A program made the translations under genes and the position numbers. From positions 15,934,001 through 15,998,000 of the forward strand of contig JAQFVV010000006.1 of NCBI GenBank assembly GCA_028023455.1: DNA of 64,000 nucleotides, read 5' to 3'. The notes beneath the pieces are model-generated. The model had not been told where the DNA came from. It was given only the letters and a program-made list of their open reading frames with translations, and made no database searches. Position 1 is the first letter of the stretch, and every line of letters begins with the position of its first letter. Source of the stretch: Epiperipatus broadwayi (Eukaryota > Animalia > Onychophora). Shown piece after piece: positions 62,829-64,000 of the stretch.

Positions 62829-62908
62829 CATGGGATTCGAATCTGGGTCCTTAGATTCTTGATTACTGAATTTTAAGGTAACGCTTTAACCAACTGAGCC
62901 ATCCTGCC
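62829..62908 (-). mobile_element. tRNA-derived SINE head or tRNA pseudogene
   Basis: Reverse complement ggcaggaTGGCTCAGTTGGttaaagcg (A box) ... agATTCGAATCCc (B box). The anticodon region is expanded and does not fold as a normal arm. Confidence 0.65.
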
Positions 62909-64000
62909 AAAGGCAACAGTATGTAGTAATTTCATATACTTATCTATGAGGTTCCTCCTGATCTTTGTTTGTATTTTTTTTGGCCTATGAGGTTCAATTC
63001 AAGGTTATAGGTTGATAGACTCTATAGAATTAAGGAACCTTGGGTCGCAGTTCAACTGCGATGCTTCTGGTCTACAAATATCATGATTTCCTGTGTGATT
63101 ATTTTATCTCTTTTTTAACTACTCATTTAGCATGAAATGCATATATTGGTGATTATTTATCTTTTTGACATTGTATCAGCAGATGGGATAGCTGAGGTTC
63201 ATGTAAAAGTCTGAGTTCAAACCCTTACATATTACATATTGGAGTGCAGGTATTAAAAAGCCTGTACTGTAGGGGAAAATTCATAAATTACTCATTTTGT
63301 TTTTGTTTTTATTTGATCAAATTTTTGAGAGAATTAGTCTCTGGAATTCTTTTTTTTTAAATAAATGGCCAGTGCTTTTTTTGAAAGCCTTTGGCATAGT
63401 GTTAAGCATTTTCTTTTGCCAAGCCTTTGATCTAGTGTTCAAGTCCAGATTAGGTAAACTTCAAAATCACAAATAGATTTAAGATATATTTTTCAGACAG
63501 GTAATTCATAATCTTTCTATCTAGTCATCGAATATTAGTCAGAAATAGATTTTTACAGAAAAGGTTCAGATTAACCCAAATTGGCAGATGGGTGTTAAAA
63601 ACACTAATTGTAAAAATAATCCCACTGCATAACACTATCTGAAATTAAATGTCAAATCCTTCTCCAAACATTAAAAAAATTTAGCTATGCCCTCTGTGAA
63701 TATATGTCTGACTCTCAAGCAGCCAATCCAAAAAGATGGCTCTTTGAACTGGAAGTTGCAATGATGTTAAGTATTGAAATATGGACTTATGCAAACAAAG
63801 AGCTTGAAATTTAAATAAGCAATGATCTTATATATTTATTCACAAAGGGTGTAGCTGAAATTTCTTTTACGTTTTGGAGAGTGATTTGGTATAATGTGAT
63901 TGTAATATGATGCAGCCTCTGTGAAAGAAATTTCACGTGCCTTCGTCCATTGAACTCATAGTCTGTATGTGTGTTGTCAAGTATAAAAAGACTGATTTAT

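Overview
AT-rich eukaryotic DNA, probably from an invertebrate animal, mostly intronic or intergenic and dominated by transposon relics. I found no host protein-coding gene I can support. Recognisable elements are: an L1/Tx1-type LINE (ORF1 end plus the start of the ORF2 endonuclease) at the left edge, an internally deleted hAT/Buster DNA transposon with TIRs and TSD, several RTE-type and one I/Nimb-type LINE fragments, tRNA-derived SINEs (one family clearly from tRNA-Gly(UCC)), microsatellites and local tandem duplications. The main result is that the window carries several short non-coding repeat families with minimal type I hammerhead ribozyme (HHR) motifs. The best example, at 17689-17730 on the minus strand, reads UCCUCA-CUGAUGA-AGGC-CAUAA-GCCA-GAA-ACUAGU-C/UGGGGA. 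These repeats occur as a head-to-tail dimer and as locus-specific inverted duplications, and one copy abuts a decayed Penelope-like RT-linker/GIY-YIG ORF. Together this looks like a Penelope-dependent, retrozyme-like mobile RNA system. All alignments, folds and coordinates were done by eye; nothing was searched or computed.
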